A stretch of DNA of 64,000 nucleotides from an uncultured Gemmatimonadales bacterium (GTDB taxonomy: Bacteria; Gemmatimonadota; Gemmatimonadetes; Gemmatimonadales; GWC2-71-9), in contig CAVSQW010000008.1 of assembly GCA_963730185.1 (NCBI GenBank), positions 192,001-256,000 of the forward strand, given 5' to 3'. The notes under the pieces are model-generated. The model was not told the origin of the DNA, did no database searches, and worked only from the letters and a program-made list of their open reading frames with translations. This document shows positions 39,760 through 48,752 of the stretch, piece after piece. The translations under genes and the position numbers were made by a program. The first letter of the stretch is position 1, and each line of letters begins with the position of its first letter.

Positions 39760-41946
39760 ATGACGCTTAAGGCCGTCGCGACCCGGTCCCGCCAGGCGCT
39801 TGCCGCCGTCCGGACCCGACTCACGCTTGGTCGCATCGTCCGGTTCGCCTTCCTTGCGGGGCTGCTCGGCTTCGTCCTGGTGGCTCTCGAGGCCGCGGTG
39901 CGAGCCCGTCTCGGCGAACCCGAAAGTCGAATTCCCACCGCGATTTACACTCGCCCGTCCGCCTGGGGCGACGGCGACGAGACAACCCCGATCGCCATCG
40001 GCACCACCGGCCAGCCGGTGGCCGAGGAGCGGGTGCCGGTGGACCTGTCCAAGGTGCCCGACCGGCTGGTCCAGGCGGTGGTCGCGGTGGAGGACCAGCG
40101 GTTCTATGACCACCATGGGCTCGATCTCAAGCGGATCGGTGGCGCCCTGGTCGCCAACATCCGGGCCGGTGGGATCGCGCAGGGCGGGAGCACCATCACC
40201 CAGCAGCTGGCCAAGAACCTCTTCCTGAGCGCGGCCCGGACGCCCGTCCGGAAGATCCGCGAGGCGGCGATGGCGCTGGTGCTCGAGGCGCGGTACGACA
40301 AGTCGGCGATCCTCGAGGCCTATCTGAACGAGGTGTACCTGGGCCAGGATGGCGCGCGGGCGATCCACGGGGTCGGGGCCGCCTCGCGCTACTACTTCGG
40401 CAAGAGCGTGAGCCGGATCTCGTTGCCGGAGGCGGCGACGTTGGCCGGGATGATCCAAGCGCCCAATCGATACAACCCGACTCGGAACGAGCGTTGGGCC
40501 CGCCAGCGCCGCAATCTGGTTCTCGGCCTGATGGCCGATCAGGATCGGATCAGCCGGCGTACCGCGGAGCAGGCCGAGCGAGCCCGAATGGCGACCCGGG
40601 CCCATTCGGCGCCGGGTTTGGATGCCCGCTACTTCCGCGACCTGGTGCTGGCCCGGCTGCCCGGCCGCCTGCCTCGTCGCGGCGCGGCCGTGTACACCAC
40701 CCTCGACGCCGGGTTGCAGCGCGCCGCCGAGCGGGCCATGAGCCAGGTGCTGCCCCGGCTCCGGACCCGCGGAGCCCAGGGCGCCCTGGTCGCGATCGAT
40801 CCCCGGACCGGCGACATCCTGGCCCTGGTGGGCGGCCGGGACTACGGCGAGTCGCAATTCGACCGGGCCACCGACGCGCGCCGCCAGCCGGGCAGCGCGT
40901 TCAAGCCGATCGTGGCGCTCGCCGCGCTCCACCGTGACGGCGACGATGCTCCGGCGTTCACCCTGGCCTCGCGGGTGGAGGACGAGCCCCTGAGCGTCGC
41001 CTCCGGTGGCAAGCAGTGGCAACCGACCAACTACGATCGCTCCTATCGGGGCGAGGTCACCGTCCGGCAGGCCATCGAGCAATCGTTGAATGTGCCGTTC
41101 GCCCGGATCGGCCTCGCGGTCGGCCCGGACCGGATCGTGAAGACCGCCCGCCGGCTCGGGATGACCAGCGACCTGCACCCGGTGCCGAGCCTGGCGCTCG
41201 GGAGCTCGGAAGTGAGCCTGCTCGAGCTGGTTCGGGCCTACGGCGTGTTCGCGACCGAGGGCCGGCTGGCCGCGACTCGGCTGGTGCTCGGACACTCGTC
41301 GTTAGGCAGCGGGTCCGGCCTCCCACCCAACGGCGGTCCCCCCGAGCTGACCCAGGTGGCGTCGCCGGCGGAGACCTACCTGGTCACGTCGGCGCTCGAA
41401 GGGGTGGTGGCGCGGGGCACCGGTCGGGCCTTGAGTGCGGCCGGCCGCTTCGGGGGCGTGGCCGGCAAGACCGGAACCTCCAACGACTGGCGCGACGCCT
41501 GGTTCGTGGCCTACACCCCCTCGCTGGTGGTCGGGGTCTGGGTGGGCTTCGACGACGGCCGGAGCCTCGGGCTCACCGGCGCCGACGCGGCGCTGCCGGT
41601 CGTGGAGCGGTTTCTGGAGGGGGTCGACCCGGCCGATCGCTGGGAATCGTTCCCGGTGCCGGACGGGATCGAGGTGGCCCAGGTGGGCGGCGGCGACGAC
41701 GGCTGGTCGTTTGACTGCGGCACCCGCGAGGTGTTCCTCGAGGGCACGGCGCCCCGGAGCGAGTGCGGCGAGTTCGATTCCTCGGACTGGGAGCAGCGGG
41801 TCAGCCAATGGCAGGATCGGGTGCAGAGTCGGGCCAGCCGGTTGGTGGCGCGGCTCCTGGAGCGACTCCGCGATCGGGACGACCACGGCCACGCGGGTCG
41901 CAACCGACCGGACGACGGGCGAATTCGGGTCAGGTTCCGACCCTAG
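39760..41946 (+). CDS. Class A penicillin-binding protein (transglycosylase + transpeptidase, PBP1b-like)
   Basis: TM, EDQRFYDHHG, GGSTITQQL, RKIRE, YLNEVY, SAFK, SLN and KTG. Confidence 0.93.
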   Translation: MTLKAVATRSRQALAAVRTRLTLGRIVRFAFLAGLLGFVLVALEAAVRARLGEPESRIPTAIYTRPSAWGDGDETTPIAIGTTGQPVAEERVPVDLSKVPDRLVQAVVAVEDQRFYDHHGLDLKRIGGALVANIRAGGIAQGGSTITQQLAKNLFLSAARTPVRKIREAAMALVLEARYDKSAILEAYLNEVYLGQDGARAIHGVGAASRYYFGKSVSRISLPEAATLAGMIQAPNRYNPTRNERWARQRRNLVLGLMADQDRISRRTAEQAERARMATRAHSAPGLDARYFRDLVLARLPGRLPRRGAAVYTTLDAGLQRAAERAMSQVLPRLRTRGAQGALVAIDPRTGDILALVGGRDYGESQFDRATDARRQPGSAFKPIVALAALHRDGDDAPAFTLASRVEDEPLSVASGGKQWQPTNYDRSYRGEVTVRQAIEQSLNVPFARIGLAVGPDRIVKTARRLGMTSDLHPVPSLALGSSEVSLLELVRAYGVFATEGRLAATRLVLGHSSLGSGSGLPPNGGPPELTQVASPAETYLVTSALEGVVARGTGRALSAAGRFGGVAGKTGTSNDWRDAWFVAYTPSLVVGVWVGFDDGRSLGLTGADAALPVVERFLEGVDPADRWESFPVPDGIEVAQVGGGDDGWSFDCGTREVFLEGTAPRSECGEFDSSDWEQRVSQWQDRVQSRASRLVARLLERLRDRDDHGHAGRNRPDDGRIRVRFRP

Positions 41947-42115
41947 CCCGTCCGCGGTGTCCGGCGGTGGTAACACCGGGGTGGCGTAGAGTGGGTTAGG
42001 ATTGATGCGCTCGCCGGAGGCGGTCTCGGCTCGAGACCGGTTTGCCCCTGCCCCGGGGCCCCGGCTACGATTCGGTCGTCTCTCTGGCGTGATTTCAGTC
42101 CCCGACGACCGATCG

Positions 42116-42166
42116 TCGAGCACCTTGGGGAATGTGCCGGGTCAGGGCCGTCTCCAAGGTGCTCGA
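42116..42166. promoter_or_regulatory. 13-bp perfect inverted repeat enclosing a GGAA-16-CGTC ECF-like motif
   Basis: TCGAGCACCTTGG (42116-42128) and CCAAGGTGCTCGA (42154-42166). GGAA at 42129, CGTC at 42149. Confidence 0.55.
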
Positions 42167-42196
42167 GTCGCACCCGTCGCCTCATCGCGGAGCAGC

Positions 42197-43129
42197 ATGT
42201 CGGCCCCACGCCTCGACCCGGAAACCCTGGCCTCGTACCTGGACGGTCGGCTGACGCCGGCCGAACGGGAGCGGGTGCTCGAGATTCTGGCCGAGTCGCC
42301 GGCGGACTACGAGGCGATGCTGGCCACCGCCGAGGTGATGCGCCAGGTGGGCCGGGATCTGGTGGTCTCGTTGCCGGAACCCAGAAGCCGTTTCAACCGC
42401 CGCTGGCTGCTGGTGGCGAGCGCGACGGTCCTGGTCACGATCATCGCGTCGATGGTGTCGCGGCGAGTCTACCGGGCCGATGCCGGGCCGCCCCGGCTGC
42501 TGGCCGCCGCGCTGGACCTGGCCCCCGGGATGGGGCCCGGCAGCCTGGCCCGTCGCCTGGGTCCCGACTGGGTTGAGCCGGCCTGGCCCGTCACCCGGGG
42601 CGGCTCGCCCACGCTGCCGGACCGGGCGACGAGCTTTCGGGTCGGAGCCCGCCTGGTGGACCTCGAGGTCGCCATCCATGCCGAGGACCCGGCCCCGCTG
42701 GGCCGGTTGGACGAGGACTTGGCCCGCCTCGCGGGGCAGGTGAGCGGTGGCGGCGCGGTCGCGTTTCGGTTCGGCGCGCTGCGGAACGCCCAGCGCGACC
42801 CGGCCGACCCCGAGCGGATCCGGGCTGCGGCGGCGGCGCGGAGCCTCGTCGGGGCCTCACCCTGGTTCGACGTTGGCGCCTGGGTCGAAGCGGCCCGCCT
42901 CGCCCTGCTGGTGGACCGGGTGGAGTTCTTCGCCCCGGCGGGCCCGGCCGCGGGCCTCCTTCCGGGGGTGATCTCCGGTCTGGCGGGGGCTCCGGCCGAG
43001 CCGGCCAAGGCCGCGTCGGCGGCTGCCCTGCGCGCGATCGAGACGCTGAGCCACCGGACCGATCCCTCACCCACCGCCGCCGAGTACCGTGTCCTGGTCG
43101 ACACCGTCCAGGCCGAGGGAGCCCGTTAG
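42197..43129 (+). CDS. Anti-sigma-like bitopic membrane protein (zf-HC2-like N-terminus without Zn ligands)
   Basis: LDPETLASYLDGRLTPAERERVLEILAESPADY, then TM WLLVASATVLVTIIASMV, then a ~220-aa outer domain. Confidence 0.7.
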   Translation: MSAPRLDPETLASYLDGRLTPAERERVLEILAESPADYEAMLATAEVMRQVGRDLVVSLPEPRSRFNRRWLLVASATVLVTIIASMVSRRVYRADAGPPRLLAAALDLAPGMGPGSLARRLGPDWVEPAWPVTRGGSPTLPDRATSFRVGARLVDLEVAIHAEDPAPLGRLDEDLARLAGQVSGGGAVAFRFGALRNAQRDPADPERIRAAAAARSLVGASPWFDVGAWVEAARLALLVDRVEFFAPAGPAAGLLPGVISGLAGAPAEPAKAASAAALRAIETLSHRTDPSPTAAEYRVLVDTVQAEGAR

Positions 43130-46085
43130 GCGGCTCGTCCTCGCTCTGGCGCTCCTCGGCGCCCTCGCCTGCCGCCCGGAGACGCCCCCGTCGTTCCGGG
43201 CCCGGGTCGGCGCGGCGTTGGGTGATCGTCAGCCGGCGGGCCTGCGGCTGCCCCTGAGCGCCCCGCACCCGCCCCAGCTCGATCGCCTGACCATCCTCGG
43301 CGCCGAGCTGCACGCCACGCTCGAACGGCATCCCAGTCTCGATGCGGTGCATGCCGCCGCGGTTCTCGACCTGGCCCTGACGCCGGCCCAGGCGGGAGTC
43401 GTGGACCGGGCCGCCAGCCGTCTCGGCGAGGTCGTGGCCCGCCGGCCCGACGATGTGGCGGCTCTGGTGGACCTCGCCGCCGCCCGGGCGCTGCAGGGGA
43501 CGCTCCACCGATCGGCCCGGTATCGATTCGAGGCTCTCGAGGCGGTCGAGCGGGCGGCGGCGCTCGACAGCGCCAACCCCGTCGTGCTCTACGATCGGGC
43601 CCTGCTCCTCGATCGCGCCGGCCTGAACGGGCTCGCGGCCTCGACCTGGCGCCGGTATCTCGACGCCAGGCCCGCCCCGGCCGGCGCGGCGACGGCCCGC
43701 GATCGGCTGGCGGCCCTGGTCGAGCCGGGCCGGGGAGTGAGCGTGCGGGAGCGGGTGGTGGATTCGCTGCTGCCCGCGTGGGCGGAGGCCGTCCGCCGCG
43801 GCCGCGAGGATCGAGCCGATCGGCTGTTCCTCGAGGCCGACTCGTTGGCCGAGGAGGCGAGTCTCCGGGGCGATTCGACCGGGTATCACGCGGTCGCCGC
43901 GGTGGCCGGCGCGGGCGATCGGACCCGAGTGGCCGAGGGCTTGGCCGCCTACGCCGACGGCTGGGCCCGCTATCATGCCGGCCGTTTCGAGCAGGCCGTC
44001 GGGCCCTTGGCCCGGGCTGACCGGCTCTTGGCGCCGACGCCCGAACTGGCCGTCTGGCCCCGCCTGCTGCTGGCGGCGGTGGCCCTCTATCGGCGCCGGT
44101 ATCCGGAGGCGCTCGACACCTACACCGCGATCGCCGAGGCGGCCGCCGTCCGGAGCGATCGGAGCCTCCGGGCTCGGGCGGCGGTCGGAGCCGCCCTGGT
44201 CGAGGCCCGGACCGGGCGGATGGATCGGTCCGCCGATTGGTACGCCGTCGCGGCGACGGCCCTGGTCGGGCTCGACGAGCCGGCGTCGCTGGGGAGCGTC
44301 CAGTCCCAGCAGGCGGAGATCGACTGGTATCGGGGCCTCGACGATCGGGCCCTGGCCGCCGCCGAACGGGCCATCGTCCGGCTGGGGGCAGGCCCGGCGG
44401 GCGACCTCCGGGAGAACGCGTTGGCCTCGTTAGGCAGCATGCTGGCCGACCTTCGGATGCCCAGGGCGGCGTTGGCGGTGCTGGCCGAGGGGACCTGGGT
44501 GGCCGATCAGACGGGTCGGGCCAAAGACCCGCCGGAGATGGCGGCCCGCACCGCCGAGGCGGCCGAGGCGCTCGGCCTTCGGGAGCTGGCCCGAGCCCGG
44601 ATCGCCGCCGGCCGGGGGATGGTCGCCGGCCTGTCGGACAGCCTGATGCGATCGCGGATCGCGGCCGACCTGGACCGGGCCGAAGCCGGCCTCCTGGCGG
44701 AGGACGACCCGGCCGGCGCGGCGGCTCGGTTGGACCGGGTGGTGCGGTATTTCGAGGCGGGGTACGAAGTCGCCCTCCCTCCGGTCCTGGTCCGCCGGGC
44801 GGCGGCCCGGCTCGCCGCCGGCGACTCGGCCGGCGCCCGGGCCGATCTCGACCGGGCCGCCCGGTTGGTGGAAGCCCGCGCCGCCGACACGGGCGATCGG
44901 GCCGACCAGGCGGCGCAGCTCGAAGCGCGGGCCGACCTCTTCCACGCCCTCGTGGCGCTCGAGGTGGACCGGGGCGACACCTTGGCGGCCTTCCGAGAGG
45001 TCGATCGCTCCCACCCGGACGTGGGCCGGCCCGGCTCCCGCGACCCCTCGCCGCTCTCGCTGCCGTCCCGGCTCGCGCCCGACCTCGCCGTGGTCGAGTA
45101 CGCGGTGCTCGAGGATCGGACCGTCGCGTGGGTGGTCCGGCGCTCCGGCATCCGGATGGTCGTGACCCCGGTGGATCGGGCGGCCGAGCGGGCGCTGGTC
45201 GACCGGGTCGAGAACCTGGCCCGGCATCCCGGAGACGATCTCGCCGACGATCCCGCGGCGGCGCTCGTGGATCTGCTCATCACCCCGATCGAGCCGGCGT
45301 TGGCCGGCGTCCGGGAGCTGGTGATCGTCCCGGACGGGCTGCTCCGGCGGGTGCCCTTCGCCGCCCTGAGGCGGCGGTCGACGGGCCGCTTTCTGGTGGA
45401 GGATCTCGTCCTTCGGTTCGCGTCCCGGGCGGCCGACGTGGGCAACTCGAGACCCGCCTCGTGGGCGTCGCTCCGGCGCCGCCCCGTCCTGGTGGCCGGG
45501 CCGCGGTTCGACCGAGAGGTCTTTCCGGATCTCGACCCACTGGAGCACGTCGTCGAGGAGGTCGGAGGCATCGCGAGCATCTACCCGGCCGCCCGAACCC
45601 TGGCGCCCCGCCAAGCGACCCGGGCCGGCGTTCTGGCGGCGCTTCTCCACGCCAGCGTCTTCCACTTCGCCGGCCACGTGCGATCCCTCGATGTCTCGAC
45701 CGACGCGACCCATCTGGTGCTCGCCGAAGCGGCCGGCGGACTCCGAGCGAACGCCCTCTTCGGACGGGAAATCGCCCGGCTCGACCTCCGGGGGCTGGAC
45801 CTGGTGGTGCTCTCCGGGTGCGGGACGGTGGCGCGCGACCGGTCGGTGGGAGGGCTCAGCAGCGTGGCGCAGGCCTTTCTGGCGGCCGGCGCGGGCGGGG
45901 TGGTGAGCAGCCTCTGGGAGGTCGACGACCGCGAGACCGCCGAGCTGATGATCGACTTCCATCGGGCGCTGGCCGGGGGCGCGCCGCCGCCGCTGGCGCT
46001 GCAGCGGGCCCAGCGACTGGCGATTCGCCGCTCGGACGGCCGGGTGGCGGCGGCGTGGGCCGCGTTTCGATTCGAGGGTCGCTGA
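43089..46085 (+). CDS. TPR-like + CHAT (caspase-like, clan CD) protease with lipoprotein-type signal
   Basis: RRLVLALALLGALAC N-terminus and a long helical repeat region. CHAT motifs LVIVPDGLLRRVPFAAL, FHFAGH, VVLSGC, VVSSLWEVDD and WAAF. Confidence 0.88.
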   Translation: MSWSTPSRPREPVRRLVLALALLGALACRPETPPSFRARVGAALGDRQPAGLRLPLSAPHPPQLDRLTILGAELHATLERHPSLDAVHAAAVLDLALTPAQAGVVDRAASRLGEVVARRPDDVAALVDLAAARALQGTLHRSARYRFEALEAVERAAALDSANPVVLYDRALLLDRAGLNGLAASTWRRYLDARPAPAGAATARDRLAALVEPGRGVSVRERVVDSLLPAWAEAVRRGREDRADRLFLEADSLAEEASLRGDSTGYHAVAAVAGAGDRTRVAEGLAAYADGWARYHAGRFEQAVGPLARADRLLAPTPELAVWPRLLLAAVALYRRRYPEALDTYTAIAEAAAVRSDRSLRARAAVGAALVEARTGRMDRSADWYAVAATALVGLDEPASLGSVQSQQAEIDWYRGLDDRALAAAERAIVRLGAGPAGDLRENALASLGSMLADLRMPRAALAVLAEGTWVADQTGRAKDPPEMAARTAEAAEALGLRELARARIAAGRGMVAGLSDSLMRSRIAADLDRAEAGLLAEDDPAGAAARLDRVVRYFEAGYEVALPPVLVRRAAARLAAGDSAGARADLDRAARLVEARAADTGDRADQAAQLEARADLFHALVALEVDRGDTLAAFREVDRSHPDVGRPGSRDPSPLSLPSRLAPDLAVVEYAVLEDRTVAWVVRRSGIRMVVTPVDRAAERALVDRVENLARHPGDDLADDPAAALVDLLITPIEPALAGVRELVIVPDGLLRRVPFAALRRRSTGRFLVEDLVLRFASRAADVGNSRPASWASLRRRPVLVAGPRFDREVFPDLDPLEHVVEEVGGIASIYPAARTLAPRQATRAGVLAALLHASVFHFAGHVRSLDVSTDATHLVLAEAAGGLRANALFGREIARLDLRGLDLVVLSGCGTVARDRSVGGLSSVAQAFLAAGAGGVVSSLWEVDDRETAELMIDFHRALAGGAPPPLALQRAQRLAIRRSDGRVAAAWAAFRFEGR

Positions 46086-46093
46086 TCCCTTCG

Positions 46094-46126
46094 GGAAACG
46101 GAAATCGGCCCGTCGGGCCGTCCAAT
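46094..46126 (+). promoter_or_regulatory. ECF-like motif (GGAAACGGAAAT...GGGCCGTCCAAT) upstream of the post-CHAT gene
   Basis: GGAA at 46100 and CGTC at 46119 (15 nt apart). Shares GGGCCGTC with the 42145-42152 site. Confidence 0.45.
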
Positions 46127-46169
46127 TCCGGAGGACGTCGTCTCGATCCGCTCTCTCCAGCCCCGCGAG

Positions 46170-46907
46170 ATGCCCATGCCCACCAACGCCGCGCTCACCA
46201 TTCGAGGAGTGATCCTCTTCGATCTCACCGACATCACCCGGATCAAGTTGGTCTTTCCCGAGACCGTCGGGCCCTGGGTCGACTGCCATCACCAGTCGCG
46301 ACACGAGCCGATCCTCACCGTCTGGCACGACGGGACCAAGGGCGCTCAGGTCAAGATCCGGGGGATGGACCTGGTGGCCGCGACCGAACCAGGCCTCGTC
46401 GTGCCCCGTCTGTCGGGGCTCCCCGATTTTCGCCTGCTGAGCCCGCCCGGGGCGGCCCTCGACTCCGGCCTGGTCGCGTCGACCGGCCGGGTTGCGGCGA
46501 CCGTGACCTTGCCTGGCGGCAGTCTCGAGGCGACGAGTCTCTCGCCCGAGATCTGGACCTTCGGAGGAACCAGTCTGGGTCAGCTGGCGAGCGAGGTGAT
46601 CTGGACCGCGCCCAGCGCCGGGCCCGTCCCGCTCCTGGACTCGGCGGGGAAGAACGTCGTGACGCTTCCCCCGGGCGACCTCGTCGTGCTCGGGCACTTC
46701 GATCACCCGGACGACGCCAACAGTCCCAATCCGGTGCCCCATCCCTGCGCGCCGGTCGACGGCCAGGTCGCGGACGTAGATTTCGACTGGCTCAACGATC
46801 TCCTCGTCGGGAGGCCGAGCGGCCGACCGGTGCCGACCACGTCGCTTGGCGTCGCGATGCCGCGAAATCCCTTCACCTCGACCTGCTACGGCGGAACCTG
46901 GCCGTAG
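46170..46907 (+). CDS. Hypothetical protein (245 aa, beta-rich, C-terminal TCYGGTWP tail)
   Basis: Clean ORF with GC3-rich codons and non-shadow composition, directly after CHAT. No family recognised. Confidence 0.75.
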   Translation: MPMPTNAALTIRGVILFDLTDITRIKLVFPETVGPWVDCHHQSRHEPILTVWHDGTKGAQVKIRGMDLVAATEPGLVVPRLSGLPDFRLLSPPGAALDSGLVASTGRVAATVTLPGGSLEATSLSPEIWTFGGTSLGQLASEVIWTAPSAGPVPLLDSAGKNVVTLPPGDLVVLGHFDHPDDANSPNPVPHPCAPVDGQVADVDFDWLNDLLVGRPSGRPVPTTSLGVAMPRNPFTSTCYGGTWP

Positions 46908-46915
46908 GGAGGAGC

Positions 46916-47140
46916 ATGATCGACCTCATCGGGATCGTCGCCGTCGTGGGCGTGGTGGTCTGGCTCTTCGGGCGCCGGCGCCCGCCGGCCCGGTCGGCCC
47001 CGGAAGACGACCTCACCACTCCGGTCGACCGGGACGAGCTCGAGGACGCGGAGCGCGAGCTGGCCGACGACCCCGACCCCCGGTCTCTCCACGACGGCTG
47101 GGCCGACGACGAGGACGACTGGGGACCGGGCGCGGCCTGA
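46916..47140 (+). CDS. Small single-pass membrane protein with acidic tail (74 aa)
   Basis: GGAGGAG RBS; MIDLIGIVAVVGVVVWLFGRRR..DRDELEDAERELADD..DDEDDWGPGAA*. Confidence 0.7.
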   Translation: MIDLIGIVAVVGVVVWLFGRRRPPARSAPEDDLTTPVDRDELEDAERELADDPDPRSLHDGWADDEDDWGPGAA

Positions 47141-47250
47141 AGCGTCGCCACGACGCAGTCCCGTGGCCCCGTCTGGCCAACGTCGGTCCCGATCTCGACT
47201 CGCTCCCAGCCCGGGGTCGGCCCGGCTCCCTCCCGATTTGCCCCCCCGAC

Positions 47251-48628
47251 TCACCGATCCACCGGCAACCCGCTCGGCACCCGGCGCGGCACTACCCGGT
47301 CGAGATACCGGGCCCGCGGATCGGTCAGGGCCGACATGAAGGTCGTCAGCTGGTCCACCGTCTCCGGGGGCAGCACCACGCCGTCGATGATCGTGTCGCG
47401 GGTGACGAGGATCGCCGCGGCGGTCGGCTGGAGCGTGTTCTGGAGCAGCGGCTCCAGCCGGCTCGGGTCGAAGTCCTCGAGCTTGAGGTCGGACTCGCTG
47501 TAGTGATCGATGAAGTCGTGCAGCTGGGCGAAGGCACCGTCGTGACCGTAGGGGCCGGTCAGCTCCACGTTTCGGAGCGGGGTGGTCCGGAACAGGTAGC
47601 GGTCGCTGGTTCGTCCGGTGACCCGCATTCGACCGAAGTCGTCGCGGCCGTTGCTGCCGTCGCCCTCTCCCGGACCGAACTGGGCCAGCGCCACGTTGTG
47701 GAACTGGTTGTCGGTGAACGCCGGGCCGTTGTGGCAGATCGAGCACTTGATCGAGAGGAAGGTCTGGGCGCCGGCCAGCTGATCGTTGGTGAGGGCGCGA
47801 TCGTCCCCGGCCAGGAAGCGATCCCAGGGCGTGTCGGTGAACGTGAACTCGTCGATCAAGAAGCCGGCGATGGCGTTCGACGCGTGGGCGAAGGTCATCT
47901 TCCGGAACGGCGTGCCGGGGTAGGCGGCTTCGAAGAGTCGCCGGTAGGTCGGTGACCCGTCCCAGGCGATCCATCAGTCGTTGCCAGACCGCCTGGGGAT
48001 CGCTGTCGGGTACGGCCGCGAGCTCGTTGCCGCCGTCGCCCCGCATCTCCGACCGCGACAGCACCGGAAAGAGGCCCAGGGCTGAGGCGGGGCCGTATTG
48101 GAGCACTCGCTCCATGGCGGGCGTGATCGCGTTGCCGATCGGGGTCTGGAGGTGTCCGTGCGGGTCCTGCTCGACCCGGCCATCCCAGAAGAGCGACTGC
48201 AGGGCCGTGAGGTTGAAGAGCGACGGGGCATTTCGGGGGATGAAGGCTCCGGCCGGATGAGTTCGGGAGGGACCGAGGCCCAGGCCGCCCTGGCCGATCG
48301 CGAGGCTCCGGGCGTCACCCAGAGCGTAGGCCGGCAGGTGACACGTCATGCACGAGATGTCCCGGTTGCCGCTCAGGATCTTGTCGAAGGCCAGCGCCTG
48401 CCCGAGCTGCACCAGGCTGCGCCGGACGCGGGGTGTCCGGGGCATGGGTCCAATGCCCCGCTGTACGGCCAACTGCCGCACGACGGCGACCAGCGGATCG
48501 GCCGCCGGGCGAGAGGCCCGATTGAAATCCGGGGTGGGACCGAGCGGCTGCTGGTCCTGGCTGCCGCAGGCGGCGAACACCACGAGACAGGCCGTGGAAA
48601 CTACCCGGCCACGCTGACGCATCGACAT
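47251..48628 (-). CDS. Di-haem cytochrome c peroxidase/MauG-family lipoprotein; frameshift at ~47953
   Basis: Lipobox FAAC, LSGNRDISCMTCH, RNAPSLFN, FWDGR, CSICH and PLRNVELTGPYGHDG. Confidence 0.87.
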
Positions 48629-48752
48629 GGGAGCTACCTCCGGGGGTGCGGTCTGGTCTAAGAGGTAAAGCGGATTCGCGGGGCCAGGCCCGACAGACGG
48701 CTGGCGGTGGGGACGGAAGTCCGGCTGCCGGGTTGCCGGGCCGATCGCGGAC

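Noticed and set aside
43089..46085. CHAT protease as part of a type III-E CRISPR or gasdermin defence locus
   Set aside because: No Cas7-11, array or recognisable gasdermin in the window. The comparison is used only as a mechanistic analogy.
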